Shown: piece by piece, positions 21,396-30,167 of the stretch
How positions within the stretch are numbered: the first letter of the stretch is position 1
Layout: each line of letters starts with the position of its first letter
Assembly (NCBI GenBank): GCA_026014815.1
Contig: JAOZHP010000043.1
Coordinates: forward strand, 11,931-75,930
Source: Candidatus Bathyarchaeota archaeon
GTDB lineage: Archaea > Thermoproteota > Bathyarchaeia > TCS64
Direction: 5' to 3'
Length of the DNA stretch: 64,000 bases
The notes under the pieces: model-generated
The model's database searches: none
What the model saw: the letters and a program-made list of their open reading frames with translations, nothing else
What the model was told of the DNA's origin: nothing
Made by a program: the position numbers and the translations under genes

Positions 21396-21800
21396 TTATG
21401 CTGGGTTCTCTATCAGGGCAAATAGAACTCCATGCATTTCTTTTGGATGTATGAAGGCCCATCTGCTTCCATTAGGATACTCCACCGGTTTCTCGGATGT
21501 GAATCTAACTCCCTTCTCTCTAAGCTGCGTCATCATGTCATCTAGGTCTGTGACCTCAAGCCCAATGTATTGAACTCCTTCTCCCCGTTTCTCCATAAAT
21601 CTAGCGACTGGGCTTTCAGGTGAATACGGCTCCATCAACTCGAAAACGTCTTCCCCGACTGTGAGGTACGTGTTTTTGACGTGGTCGATCTCGCTGGCTC
21701 CAACCCTGATTATCTTTGATCCTAGTTTTTGTGTGAAGTTTTCTCTCGCTTGTTCTATGTTTTTGACTGCGATTCCCACGTAGGCGATCTTTTTTATCAT
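21396..21800 (-). CDS. VOC family protein (methylmalonyl-CoA epimerase-like)
   Basis: 134 aa. IAYVGIAVKNIEQA...GVQYIGLEVTDLD...FIHPKEMHGVLFALIE pattern. Confidence 0.65.
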   Translation of the reverse strand: MIKKIAYVGIAVKNIEQARENFTQKLGSKIIRVGASEIDHVKNTYLTVGEDVFELMEPYSPESPVARFMEKRGEGVQYIGLEVTDLDDMMTQLREKGVRFTSEKPVEYPNGSRWAFIHPKEMHGVLFALIENPA

Positions 21801-21961
21801 GAGGATTCATCAGAATTATTGTTTCACGTTTTATTTATGCATGGTAATCTAGGTGAGAACCCCACGGTGAATTTTGGACAAATGTCTTGAGGAACGGATG
21901 CATCAGCAGAGGATATTTGATAAACATATATATGTGGAACAATAAAAAACGGTGAATCAGT

Positions 21962-22183
21962 ATGAGCGAGAAGAAGATTATTGAGCTAAGCGACATGCTC
22001 GTAAGTAAACAGATAAGACAAGCAAACCTTAAACGGGAGAAAAAGGTATACGCCGAGATCACCAGCCTCGACTCAGAGATCATCGCCCTCAAACGAGAAA
22101 TTAACCAAGAACTACAGCAGCTATCCAGAGAAAAAATCGTGGACCTGGATGTCGAGACCGATGATACCCAACGCAACAGATAG
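21962..22183 (+). CDS. hypothetical coiled-coil protein
   Basis: 73-aa charged heptad-like sequence. Its antisense partner ORF is low-complexity. Confidence 0.3.
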   Translation: MSEKKIIELSDMLVSKQIRQANLKREKKVYAEITSLDSEIIALKREINQELQQLSREKIVDLDVETDDTQRNR

Positions 22184-22277
22184 AATCTACTGCACGTGTT
22201 TTCATTACAGGTGATACCGATGAGCCTGAGCTATGAAGATGTATGACTCAGATTTTGTTTTTCGTGTATGCACTCGA

Positions 22278-22499
22278 TTAATCTGTTTTGTAGACCACTT
22301 TTGTCTTGGTTCCAGAAAACTCCACGAAGTGAACGGCTCCGCAGACATGTTTTACCATGATGGTGGTTTTTATGAGACCGTCCTCGAAGCACACGTTATG
22401 AGGCTTCCATTTAGCGGAGGACTCGTCTAGGATACGGAAAACCTCGCCGCATCCACCGCAGGTAACATCCAGTTTCTCTAACGTAGTCTGAACGCGCAT
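22278..22499 (-). CDS. hypothetical zinc-ribbon-like protein
   Basis: 73 aa. A CGGCG motif plus distal Cys/His residues. Confidence 0.3.
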   Translation of the reverse strand: MRVQTTLEKLDVTCGGCGEVFRILDESSAKWKPHNVCFEDGLIKTTIMVKHVCGAVHFVEFSGTKTKVVYKTD

Positions 22500-22633
22500 C
22501 GATATACCACACCCAATAGATTGAAACCAGTCTACATCGGACTGAACTGGTTTAGATAATATAAATAAAAACGATTATGGAATAACTCCAGCAACGTTAC
22601 AGCGGTAAACAAGCAACTATCATATTCAGCCTA

Positions 22634-22720
22634 TGGTAGCCGGGGGGAAACCGGCTCCAAGGCACTATTCTAACTGGTTTCAGCACAAGTTCCATTATTT
22701 TTCAGTAAATCTTGGGAGGC
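22634..22720. repeat. outermost decayed copy of the tRNA-Gln 3' part plus the Rep-upstream block
   Basis: tggtagccgggggg...ggctccaagg matches the tRNA 3' end and anticodon region with an internal deletion. The following ctaactggtttcagc...cttgggagg is collinear with 26920-26985 and 34595-34650. Confidence 0.6.
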
Positions 22721-22789
22721 GTGAACCGGTTAAAACAAATATGGAAATAAATGGAATTAATAAAAGGTAAAAAATGTCGAAAGAATAGA

Positions 22790-23617
22790 TTAGGAGGTTT
22801 CGTGAGGTTCATCTGTATGGCATTGGGCGCAGTCGCTCTTAGCGTGAACGTTTGCGATGGGACCAGCGTCCCCGTGGCAGCCATTACAGGTTGTGACACT
22901 CACTGCGTCCTGGAAGACAGGCACGAAGTTGCCGTCCGTTACGGCGTTCAGCATCTCCGCTGCGCGGCCTGCAACCTCGGCGGTGAGTCTTCCACATCTT
23001 TCTTTCCTCTCGATTGATCCTGAGCCAAATCCTGATGCTTCACACCACTTGGTTACGGACACGTGGCATAGAGGTGAACCAGCTTCGGAGGTGGGTAGAT
23101 CCTCGTCAGTCTTTACTGCTACAGCAGGCTTCCATGTGGGGTATGCTGTTTCAGTGTATTCACCGACTAGCTCATTTACGGGCGAGAGGTCCGATGAAAC
23201 TAGGTTCATCGCCATTATTGCGCCGTTGATGGCTCCACATAGTGTTCCCCAGCCAACAGTTCCTCCTTTACCGTAGACCGCCATCTTTGTGGGGATACTG
23301 GTGTACGGGAATCCTACTTTTTCTTTGAGGCCTCCGATTATCGCCTCGAACGCCCCGTAGGAGCATCCTGACTCAAAGTAGGCGTTATAGGCTCTGTTCT
23401 TAACTTCCTCAACATCCAGTTTCTCGTATGTCCATGGATACTCAGGAACCTCCTGTGGGACCTCTACTTCAACTTCTACCTCGTTTGTGACTATGGTTTC
23501 CTTGGGAGGCATTATCGAGTAGCCTCCAACGGCACCAATCGCTAGTCCTCCAACGGCGGCTCCCGCCATCTTCATGAAGTCTCGTCTTGATACATTGTTC
23601 TCTGTCAATACTATCAC
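22790..23617 (-). CDS. Tat-signal C_GCAxxG_C_C-family protein with a C-terminal dihaem c motif
   Basis: 275 aa. SRRDFMKMAGAAVGGLA twin-arginine signal, GTLCGAINGA core, and two CxxCH motifs (CNGCH, CAQCH) in the last 35 aa. Confidence 0.65.
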   Translation of the reverse strand: MIVLTENNVSRRDFMKMAGAAVGGLAIGAVGGYSIMPPKETIVTNEVEVEVEVPQEVPEYPWTYEKLDVEEVKNRAYNAYFESGCSYGAFEAIIGGLKEKVGFPYTSIPTKMAVYGKGGTVGWGTLCGAINGAIMAMNLVSSDLSPVNELVGEYTETAYPTWKPAVAVKTDEDLPTSEAGSPLCHVSVTKWCEASGFGSGSIERKERCGRLTAEVAGRAAEMLNAVTDGNFVPVFQDAVSVTTCNGCHGDAGPIANVHAKSDCAQCHTDEPHETS

Positions 23618-23772
23618 CTAAGGGATAAAACGCAGTAATACGACCTTAGTATAAATTATTATTCATGTTTTTTTAGGCAAGACTAATGATTTTACTGCAT
23701 TGGAACTTAAAATCATATCCTCACACATCGAGGGGGAAAGAATATATCTGATGAAAAAAATCACATACTACT

Positions 23773-24240
23773 TTGACTCAAATCGATGAGCTAGACAAAA
23801 AGATTCTGGAGATACTCAAGCTGGATGGACGTGCACCGATCAGAGAGATCTCCAGACAGCTAGGTTCAAGTCCGGCAACGGTTTCACGAAAGATCAAACG
23901 AATGGAAGAAGCGAACATCATTAAGGGCTACGTCAGCATCGTGGAAGACGAAGAGGTGGGTAAAGGCTCACGCGCTGTGTTACTTGTGAAGACCACTGGT
24001 GATTATGATCAGAACCAGATTGTTGAAAAAGTCACACAGATGGATGATATCTGTAACGTGTTTCTTACCATGGGGAACTATGACATGATATTAACGGCGT
24101 GCACCAACAGCGAGGCCGAGTTATACAGGATGATAAAAAAGATACGAAGCACATCTGGCATTCTCTACGTGGACTCTACTACGATAGTCTCAAGGCGTAA
24201 AGTACTCAGCAAGATCGTCTCGGATAACAAAGAGCCATAA
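23773..24240 (+). CDS. Lrp/AsnC family transcriptional regulator
   Basis: 155 aa. LDELDKKILEILKLDGRAPIREISRQLGSSPATVSRKIKRMEEANIIKGY HTH plus a RAM domain. Confidence 0.85.
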   Translation: MTQIDELDKKILEILKLDGRAPIREISRQLGSSPATVSRKIKRMEEANIIKGYVSIVEDEEVGKGSRAVLLVKTTGDYDQNQIVEKVTQMDDICNVFLTMGNYDMILTACTNSEAELYRMIKKIRSTSGILYVDSTTIVSRRKVLSKIVSDNKEP

Positions 24241-24456
24241 ATAAACCGAAAAATCACAATTAACCTAAATCCACTTGTCCGGGTGTTTAGTAAATTCCTT
24301 CAACCAAAAATATATTTAATGAGTTGAGTTGGCAGGGAAAACGAAGCACTGACCCATAAAAACTTGAAAATAACATGACAAAGTCAAACCTTAAGCGATT
24401 TTATAACCAAAAAGCAATCATACAAGAAAAAAACAGCACTAATTCAAGCTTAAGTA

Positions 24457-24528
24457 TGGTTGCCCGGGGGAGATTCGAACTCACATCGGAGTGTCCAAAG
24501 CCCACCTTGTAGGCTGAAGGACCAGACT
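24457..24528 (-). pseudogene. decayed near-full-length tRNA-Gln copy
   Basis: The reverse complement AGTCTGGTCCTTCAGCCTACAAGGTGGGCTTTGGACACTCCGATGTGAGTTCGAATCTCCCCCGGGCAACCA aligns with the intact tRNA. It has a 4-nt deletion in the anticodon stem, a T-stem mismatch and a 1-72 mismatch. Confidence 0.6.
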
Positions 24529-24580
24529 TATCGGGGGACCTTTAAATCCGATAATAGTACGGGTGGAGCTTTAATTGGCT

Positions 24581-25072
24581 TCATCTCATATTCCTTTTCA
24601 GGAACTCGTGATACTGTTCAACATCCTTTCGTGGGAATGGGTTTACAACCGTGATCTCTCTGACTTTTTGGAGTTCTTTGTCGAGCGAGAACACGACTGT
24701 CGACCCGAGGCTCCTGGCGAGGGAGATGAGGTATCCATCCCATGACTCTATGCTGTAGGTCGAGGCGTAGTCAAGGGCATCCTGGGCCACCTGCGGCGAT
24801 ACGTGCGGGTAGAGGGCGGGTGATCCCGTTCTCAGGATGCCGCCGAGAATCTTTTTCACCGTCATCCTCGGGACCCGCAGGTATCGGGTGGCGACGTGGT
24901 ACGCTCCGATGATTGCTGTGATGGGTATCGCCGCTTGCTTCTTCTGAGTGAGCACGTCTGCGAGGAAGGCCGTGCTGTGCTCTTTTAGGGGGTTGTCGAA
25001 GCACGTGGGGACCAATATGCCCACGTCGACGACTCCGTCAGTGTAGGCCGAGTTTTCTCCGGGCGTACTCAC
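24581..25072 (-). CDS. vapC: PIN-domain toxin (VapC-like)
   Basis: 163 aa. Acidic PIN residues (VVDVG..., ESWDGY, SLDKEL). Overlaps the upstream antitoxin gene by 35 nt. Confidence 0.75.
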   Translation of the reverse strand: MSTPGENSAYTDGVVDVGILVPTCFDNPLKEHSTAFLADVLTQKKQAAIPITAIIGAYHVATRYLRVPRMTVKKILGGILRTGSPALYPHVSPQVAQDALDYASTYSIESWDGYLISLARSLGSTVVFSLDKELQKVREITVVNPFPRKDVEQYHEFLKRNMR

Positions 25073-25325
25073 TGCTCATCCACTTCCAGCTCTCGTCGGG
25101 CTCTTCGGTGAAGGCCTCGGCCCCGAGGCTCCTGGTGAGGTCCTCCCACTCCCGGACGTTTCTCTTGACGTCGTTGGAGACGGGCTCGATGATGACCCGG
25201 GAGCCGTCCAGCCTTATGGTCACCTCCCCCCCTCCCTTGAGGCCGAGGGCCTCCCGGAAGTGCGCGGGCAGGACCAGCCTTCCCTGTTTATCGATCGTCA
25301 CAGAATTTTCCATGTTTCCTACCAT
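25038..25325 (-). CDS. vapB: AbrB/SpoVT-type antitoxin (VapB-like)
   Basis: 95 aa. TIDKQGRLVLPAHFREALGLKGGGEVTI swapped-hairpin motif. Confidence 0.75.
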   Translation of the reverse strand: MVGNMENSVTIDKQGRLVLPAHFREALGLKGGGEVTIRLDGSRVIIEPVSNDVKRNVREWEDLTRSLGAEAFTEEPDESWKWMSSEYARRKLGLH

Positions 25326-25344
25326 ATGGCATAAGTCATGCCAT
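25326..25344. promoter_or_regulatory. perfect palindrome abutting the vapB start codon (candidate operator)
   Basis: atggcat-aagtc-atgccat. AbrB-type antitoxins autoregulate through such sites. Confidence 0.4.
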
Positions 25345-25392
25345 TGATAAAAGCGTTGAGAATATTAGGCTACCAATATGCAACCGAGATAA

Positions 25393-25446
25393 AAGTAGCT
25401 CCGGAGGAGACTCGGACTCCCGTTGGAGGGCCCAAAGCCCTCCATC
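25393..25446 (-). repeat. decayed copy of the tRNA-Gln 3' half (acceptor 3' strand, T arm, anticodon arm)
   Basis: aagtagctccggaggagactcggactcccgttggagggcccaaagccctccatc is collinear with 38367-38420. The anticodon loop CTTTGGG is retained and there is no 5' half. Confidence 0.6.
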
Positions 25447-25562
25447 TCGAACCCTTAAAGAAACTGATTTGATCAGGTTTTGTTAAGATGAATGAATTAA
25501 GAGATGAGAGAATGTTGAACTCATGGTTTAAGCCAATAGTCTTGATATTTTATATCTGACTC

Positions 25563-26093
25563 TCATTTCACGTTTCCGATTTTTAAGTTTTTTAGGATAT
25601 TCTGTAGCTCCGTTATTCTATCCGAGTTTAAACCATCCAATATTTTTTCTATATCCAGTACAAAGATTTTAGTCCTTTTCATTAATTTCTCTAAATCTAT
25701 ACTTATTTTTCGTGTATAATATTGCATCTCGATTCTGTCTTCTTTCGACTTCTTGAATTCCTGAATAATCTGAGGAGGAACGTCACGACCGAATAAATAT
25801 TCAAAGACCGCTATTGTGCAGTCATGAATCTCACACTTTACCCCGATCTTCAACAGCAATGCATAAACGGCAAAATATTTTGCATAATATCCAGCAGAGA
25901 CTGCCCATTCAATAATGCCTTCTTTTGCGTTGACCTCCATAGACTTCAAGGCGTTTCTTGACTTCTCTAGGTAAGCTCTCACCAAGTTTTCAGAGGGTTT
26001 GACTTGCCTTATGCCCCTATTTTGGTCTAGACACCATTTCAGGTATCTTTTATTGTCTTGCATTGTATCGCCACATGATTTCACAGTAATCAT
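25563..26093 (-). CDS. HEPN-domain protein (toxin of a HEPN-MNT pair)
   Basis: 176 aa. AVSAGYYAKYFAVYALLLKIGVKCEIHDCT matches the PF05168-type HEPN pattern. Overlaps the upstream MNT gene by 44 nt. Confidence 0.65.
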   Translation of the reverse strand: MITVKSCGDTMQDNKRYLKWCLDQNRGIRQVKPSENLVRAYLEKSRNALKSMEVNAKEGIIEWAVSAGYYAKYFAVYALLLKIGVKCEIHDCTIAVFEYLFGRDVPPQIIQEFKKSKEDRIEMQYYTRKISIDLEKLMKRTKIFVLDIEKILDGLNSDRITELQNILKNLKIGNVK

Positions 26094-26685
26094 CGATTCC
26101 CTTGAGGACTATGTGGTTTGAGACAACCTCCATTATTAATGGATCATTATCCATCAATCCGTTCAGAAACTGTTTCATGTTGGTGGACTTGATGTTTACT
26201 TCTCTATCGATCAGACTGCCGGTTTCTCTGATGCCGTCTGCATCGGGTTTTCTGTTGGATATAATGAAAAGGTCGATATCGCTTTCCTCGGTCATCTCTC
26301 CTTTGGCGAAGCTGCCGAATAGTACGGTCGTGCCCTCTAATTTATCTCCTGTTTCACTCATGAGCTTCTTTATCAGAAAATTCTTTTCAAGAAAACGTAT
26401 AGAGGCGAAGGTCTCTGCAAGAATCATATAATACTTTGCAACTAGATTGTCGAGTTTCAGGCGATATTCTTTATTCCTTCCCTTGACGATGCTGGAAAGA
26501 ACGTTGATATCTTCAAGCCTCCTCAACTGTAGCCCAACGGCTTTCACATCGACACCGACGTCCCTCGCAATCTCCCTCACGTGCAGAGACCTGCGGTAGT
26601 CGCCCAAGAAAAGTCCCAGAATCTTGAGCGTGGTCTTGTTAATGCTGTATTTTTCCATCATATGTAGTAACAATACAACAAGCAT
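26050..26685 (-). CDS. wHTH-minimal nucleotidyltransferase (MNT) protein
   Basis: 211 aa. N-terminal wHTH (SLHVREIARDVGVDVKAVGLQLRRLE) and the NTase motif LFGSFAKGEMTEESDIDLFI. Confidence 0.7.
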   Translation of the reverse strand: MLVVLLLHMMEKYSINKTTLKILGLFLGDYRRSLHVREIARDVGVDVKAVGLQLRRLEDINVLSSIVKGRNKEYRLKLDNLVAKYYMILAETFASIRFLEKNFLIKKLMSETGDKLEGTTVLFGSFAKGEMTEESDIDLFIISNRKPDADGIRETGSLIDREVNIKSTNMKQFLNGLMDNDPLIMEVVSNHIVLKGIDDYCEIMWRYNARQ

Positions 26686-26802
26686 TTAAAGGCACCTTAA
26701 AACACCGAGGAAAATAGAATAAGACCTCTTCATTCTCTCATATCAAAAAAAATCTTAGCTTTGAGTTAACATAAAAAGGAAGAGGGACGGAACCCATAAT
26801 CC

Positions 26803-26861
26803 GATGCATGCATTAGTCCGTTCATCACTTATTTGATGCATTTAAAAGAAAGAAGATGCAT
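26803..26861. repeat. three GATGCAT repeats (iteron-like)
   Basis: gatgcat at 26803, 26835 and 26855, just left of the att-like core and the Rep gene. Confidence 0.35.
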
Positions 26862-26894
26862 TGAAATTTTTCCCAAGCGTTTTCTATTACGTTT

Positions 26895-26993
26895 TGGTAG
26901 ACCGGGAGATACTGGGGCCCAGGTACTAACATAGTCTGGTTTCAGCTCTCAATTTCCTTCTTATTCAGCAATTCTAGGGGGTACTGTTCGCCC
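26895..26993. repeat. att-like core (tggtagaccgg) plus the conserved Rep-upstream block, copy 1
   Basis: Collinear with 34570-34657 and 22634-22720. Shared ggtactaa..ctggtttcagctctcaatttcc. Confidence 0.65.
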
Positions 26994-27943
26994 ATGTTAT
27001 GTCAAATCAAATTCAAAAGCCTTAGATTGGGTCATTATCGGGCTTTGCTTAGCTACGAAAACCCAGACCGAGAGAAGATAATTGATGCTTTCACATATTG
27101 GCCTAATTTCGTTGAGTACTTGGTATTCAGGAAAGAGAACATCTACACTTATGAGAAAGAATACAAGATGGCTAAGACCGCGAAACGTGGGAATGATGTT
27201 TATTCTGCTAAAGTGAGAAAACGGTTAAACTATCTCTATAATCTTCCTCAGATTGAATTCTTCAATTATAAAGATAGAAACAGGGTTCAGAAAACGAGGG
27301 CTGTATTTGTTACTCTGACTTATCGACGTGATGATCCTCTAGATATTCTCTGGAAAGAGGTTGGTAGGGATTTTAATCGGTGGATTAGCGGGTTACGGTG
27401 TAGATACAAGAAGATAGATGTTCTACGTTGTTGGGAAGCCCAGAGTGATGGTTACCCACATATTCACTGTGTCTTGCTTTTCCATGAAGTTAAGTTTGAT
27501 ACATTTTTTCATAATAATAATGGAGGGTTAAGGAAAAGGAGGCTTTAACAAAGAATTGGTGTTAGGGTTTCAGTGATGTATTTGCTTTGTACAGCCTTGG
27601 TGCTGGTGTAGGTTATGTAATGAAGTATGTTACGAAGGTTAATACTGCTTTACTTCAAGAAAACAAGAATCGTAAACTAGTTCTTTCTTTGGCTTTGAGG
27701 TGGATTTTCAAGAAACGTGCATTCTCAGTATCTAAGGCGTTTGGGTTATTTCTCGTTGAAGAGATAGATGATGGCCCACGTGGTCAGGTGGATCTCGAAG
27801 GAAAAACGATTTATCGTTGGGTTCTTGTCGGATTCTAGTCAGGAAATCTCGGAACATGGAATAGGGATTTGTCATTCAGAGAATATTGGATTATCTATTC
27901 ATCTGAATATTTTACCTTCAACAAAGTTTTGTTTTCTGATTAA
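26994..27943 (+). pseudogene. rep: HUH-superfamily rolling-circle Rep without a helicase domain, disrupted (one frameshift, two in-frame TAGs)
   Basis: Motif I VFVTLTY, motif II PHIHCVLLF (27459-27467 encodes HIH) and motif III GYVMKYVTK. Frame change in the aat-repeat near 27519. TAG at 27563 and 27836. The frame continues to TAA at 27941-27943. Confidence 0.75.
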
Positions 27944-28015
27944 ATTGTGTGTAGTCCAAGAATCATTTCATCAATTATCTATTTTGTTCGATAGTTTTTT
28001 TTAATAGTTAATAGA

Positions 28016-30010
28016 ATGAAAGATGGTGATATAATGCTCCTAGAGTCAGTTTGTGTTGATGGGTTTAGAACAATTTCTGAAAAATGTTCATTAAATGTCG
28101 ATCCAAAAATTACTGTTCTAATGGGTGCAAATGAGAGTGGAAAAACGAACTTATTACATGCAATAAAATATTTCAATTTTAATGAAAATATTCAGTTAAG
28201 TGATATTACAAAAACGGATACGACAAGATGGAGAAAAAAGATTTATCCAATAATTGAACTGATGTTTAGTTTAGATAAAAATGATATTGAAAAAGTGAAT
28301 GACATCATACCAAAACATATCGAAAGTAACAAAATTATTATTCAAAAAAAATTTAATGGAACAATAAATAAATATACAATAAAAATATCCGCTAAATTAA
28401 AAAGAGTAATATATAATAGTAAAATTGAGGAACTTAAAAGTGAAATAAAAAGTGAACAGATAAAATTAAAAAAGATGAATCGTTCAGTTAATACGTTGAA
28501 TGTAAACTTAATAAAACATAATTCAGAACTAGAAACAAAACCTAATCCTAGTGATTTACAAAAAATTCGTAGAAGAATTAGAAGAACTGAAAGAAACATA
28601 AAACAAAGAAATAATGAAAAAACAGAATTAATAATTGAACTAACAAGTAAGATGGACGTGATTAAAGATATAGAAAATGACATAGCAAATTTAAAAGATG
28701 AAATAATAAATATTGGGGATGAACAAATAAAACAATTATTTAATTTATTGCCAGAAATAATTTATATTGATAGAATTGAATATATTACTGATCAAATTCC
28801 AATACCTGAAATAATAAATCGAAATTCATATCGTGCGATAGCAATTGGAAATCTATTAAAAATTGGTGGAGTAAATGATTATGATACGTTAAATGAAAAT
28901 ATGAATAGGGTGAGAATTAATTTAGAACGAGCATCAGAATTAATAACAGAGAAATTTCTGAAAGTATGGAAGCAAGAACCAATAGAAATTTCATTATATA
29001 AAGAAGGAAACAACATAAACATAGAATTCAAAGAAAATATATCTATCGCGTCTCCTCCTGAAGAAAGAAGCCAAGGTTTTCAATGGTTTATATCGTTTTT
29101 TACAAACTACATAATTAATAATGAAGATATGAAGAAAAAAATAATTTTATTAGATGAACCAGCGCTTCAATTGCATCCTAGAGGTCAAAAAGATTTTGTA
29201 CAAATTCTTGAGGATATAGCAAACAATAATCAAATAATATATACAAGTCATTCTCCATTTTTGATTAATAGAAATTATCCTGATAGGATAAGATTAATAC
29301 ATAAAAAAGAAAATATCGGAACAACAATTATGAATAAACCCTATACGGATGGTAAGAGAAGATGTTGGGAACCATTAAAGTCTGCTATTGGGATTTGTTT
29401 AGGGGATTTATTTTCATTTGGAGAAACAAACATAATTGTAGAAGGATATTCTGATAAAATATTGATGTCTTTTGTATCAAATCAATTCGCAAAATTAGGC
29501 TTAGAACATATCGATTTAAACACTCACACAATATATCCAGCTGATGGTGCAGGTAATACACCATATATGGTCAAATTTGCGTTCGATTCAGGATTGAATC
29601 CATTAGCAGTAATTGATGCTGATGAAAATGGGATAAAGGCCAAGACGGTTATTGAAGAAAATCTTCCAGATTTTAATAAAATTATAATGTTATCCGAAAT
29701 TCTAAGTACAGCAAAAACTATTGAGGATTTATTACCTGTGGAAAAATATGTTGAATCTGTGAATAGTTATTATAGCAATGTTAGTATGGGAAAATATGAA
29801 AAAATTGATTATAAATTATTAGAAAAAATACCATGGAAAGAAATAGGTATAGTAAAACCAATAAAAGATCATTTGAAAAAATATGAGCATAAATTAAATA
29901 AAAATATGGTTATAAAAGAATATTTTAAATTATTCACAATAACAAATGAAAGCATTGAAGAATATGAGCCATTTAAACATCTTATTAGAAAAATAATTAC
30001 ACTTCTATAA
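28016..30010 (+). CDS. OLD-family ATPase-TOPRIM nuclease with a coiled-coil insertion
   Basis: 664 aa. Walker A GANESGKT, ERSQGFQW, Walker B KKIILLDEPALQLHP, IIYTSHSPF. TOPRIM motifs NIIVEGYSDK and AVIDADENG. A Lys/Glu/Asn-rich coiled coil of about 130 aa lies between Walker A and the signature motif. Confidence 0.75.
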   Translation: MKDGDIMLLESVCVDGFRTISEKCSLNVDPKITVLMGANESGKTNLLHAIKYFNFNENIQLSDITKTDTTRWRKKIYPIIELMFSLDKNDIEKVNDIIPKHIESNKIIIQKKFNGTINKYTIKISAKLKRVIYNSKIEELKSEIKSEQIKLKKMNRSVNTLNVNLIKHNSELETKPNPSDLQKIRRRIRRTERNIKQRNNEKTELIIELTSKMDVIKDIENDIANLKDEIINIGDEQIKQLFNLLPEIIYIDRIEYITDQIPIPEIINRNSYRAIAIGNLLKIGGVNDYDTLNENMNRVRINLERASELITEKFLKVWKQEPIEISLYKEGNNINIEFKENISIASPPEERSQGFQWFISFFTNYIINNEDMKKKIILLDEPALQLHPRGQKDFVQILEDIANNNQIIYTSHSPFLINRNYPDRIRLIHKKENIGTTIMNKPYTDGKRRCWEPLKSAIGICLGDLFSFGETNIIVEGYSDKILMSFVSNQFAKLGLEHIDLNTHTIYPADGAGNTPYMVKFAFDSGLNPLAVIDADENGIKAKTVIEENLPDFNKIIMLSEILSTAKTIEDLLPVEKYVESVNSYYSNVSMGKYEKIDYKLLEKIPWKEIGIVKPIKDHLKKYEHKLNKNMVIKEYFKLFTITNESIEEYEPFKHLIRKIITLL

Positions 30011-30046
30011 TATGGTATAAATGAACAATAATGCAATTTATGCAAA

Positions 30047-30082
30047 TGGCGGGGAAGGCGCGTAGCGGTGACCCGCCGCGAC
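30047..30082. other. isolated GC-rich hairpin-forming patch in AT-rich DNA
   Basis: tggcggggaaggcgcgtagcggtgacccgccgcgac. GGCGGG (30048-53) pairs with CCCGCC (30072-77). Confidence 0.4.
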
Positions 30083-30167
30083 TTGATATAGATGACTAAC
30101 TCAAACCAAGTTGAAGACGTGAATGGGGTTTTAACAAAATTATAATACTTAACGAGAAATAGGATTC

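Noticed and set aside
24457-24528. A possible second functional tRNA gene.
   Set aside because: Hand folding shows a 4-nt deletion in the anticodon stem, a T-stem mismatch and an A-A pair at 1-72. It is treated as a decayed att/tRNA copy.
26994-27838. Track ORFs 26994..27548 and 27587..27838 as two independent genes.
   Set aside because: Rep motifs I and II are in the first and motif III in the second, and copy 2 is collinear across both. They are fragments of one disrupted Rep.
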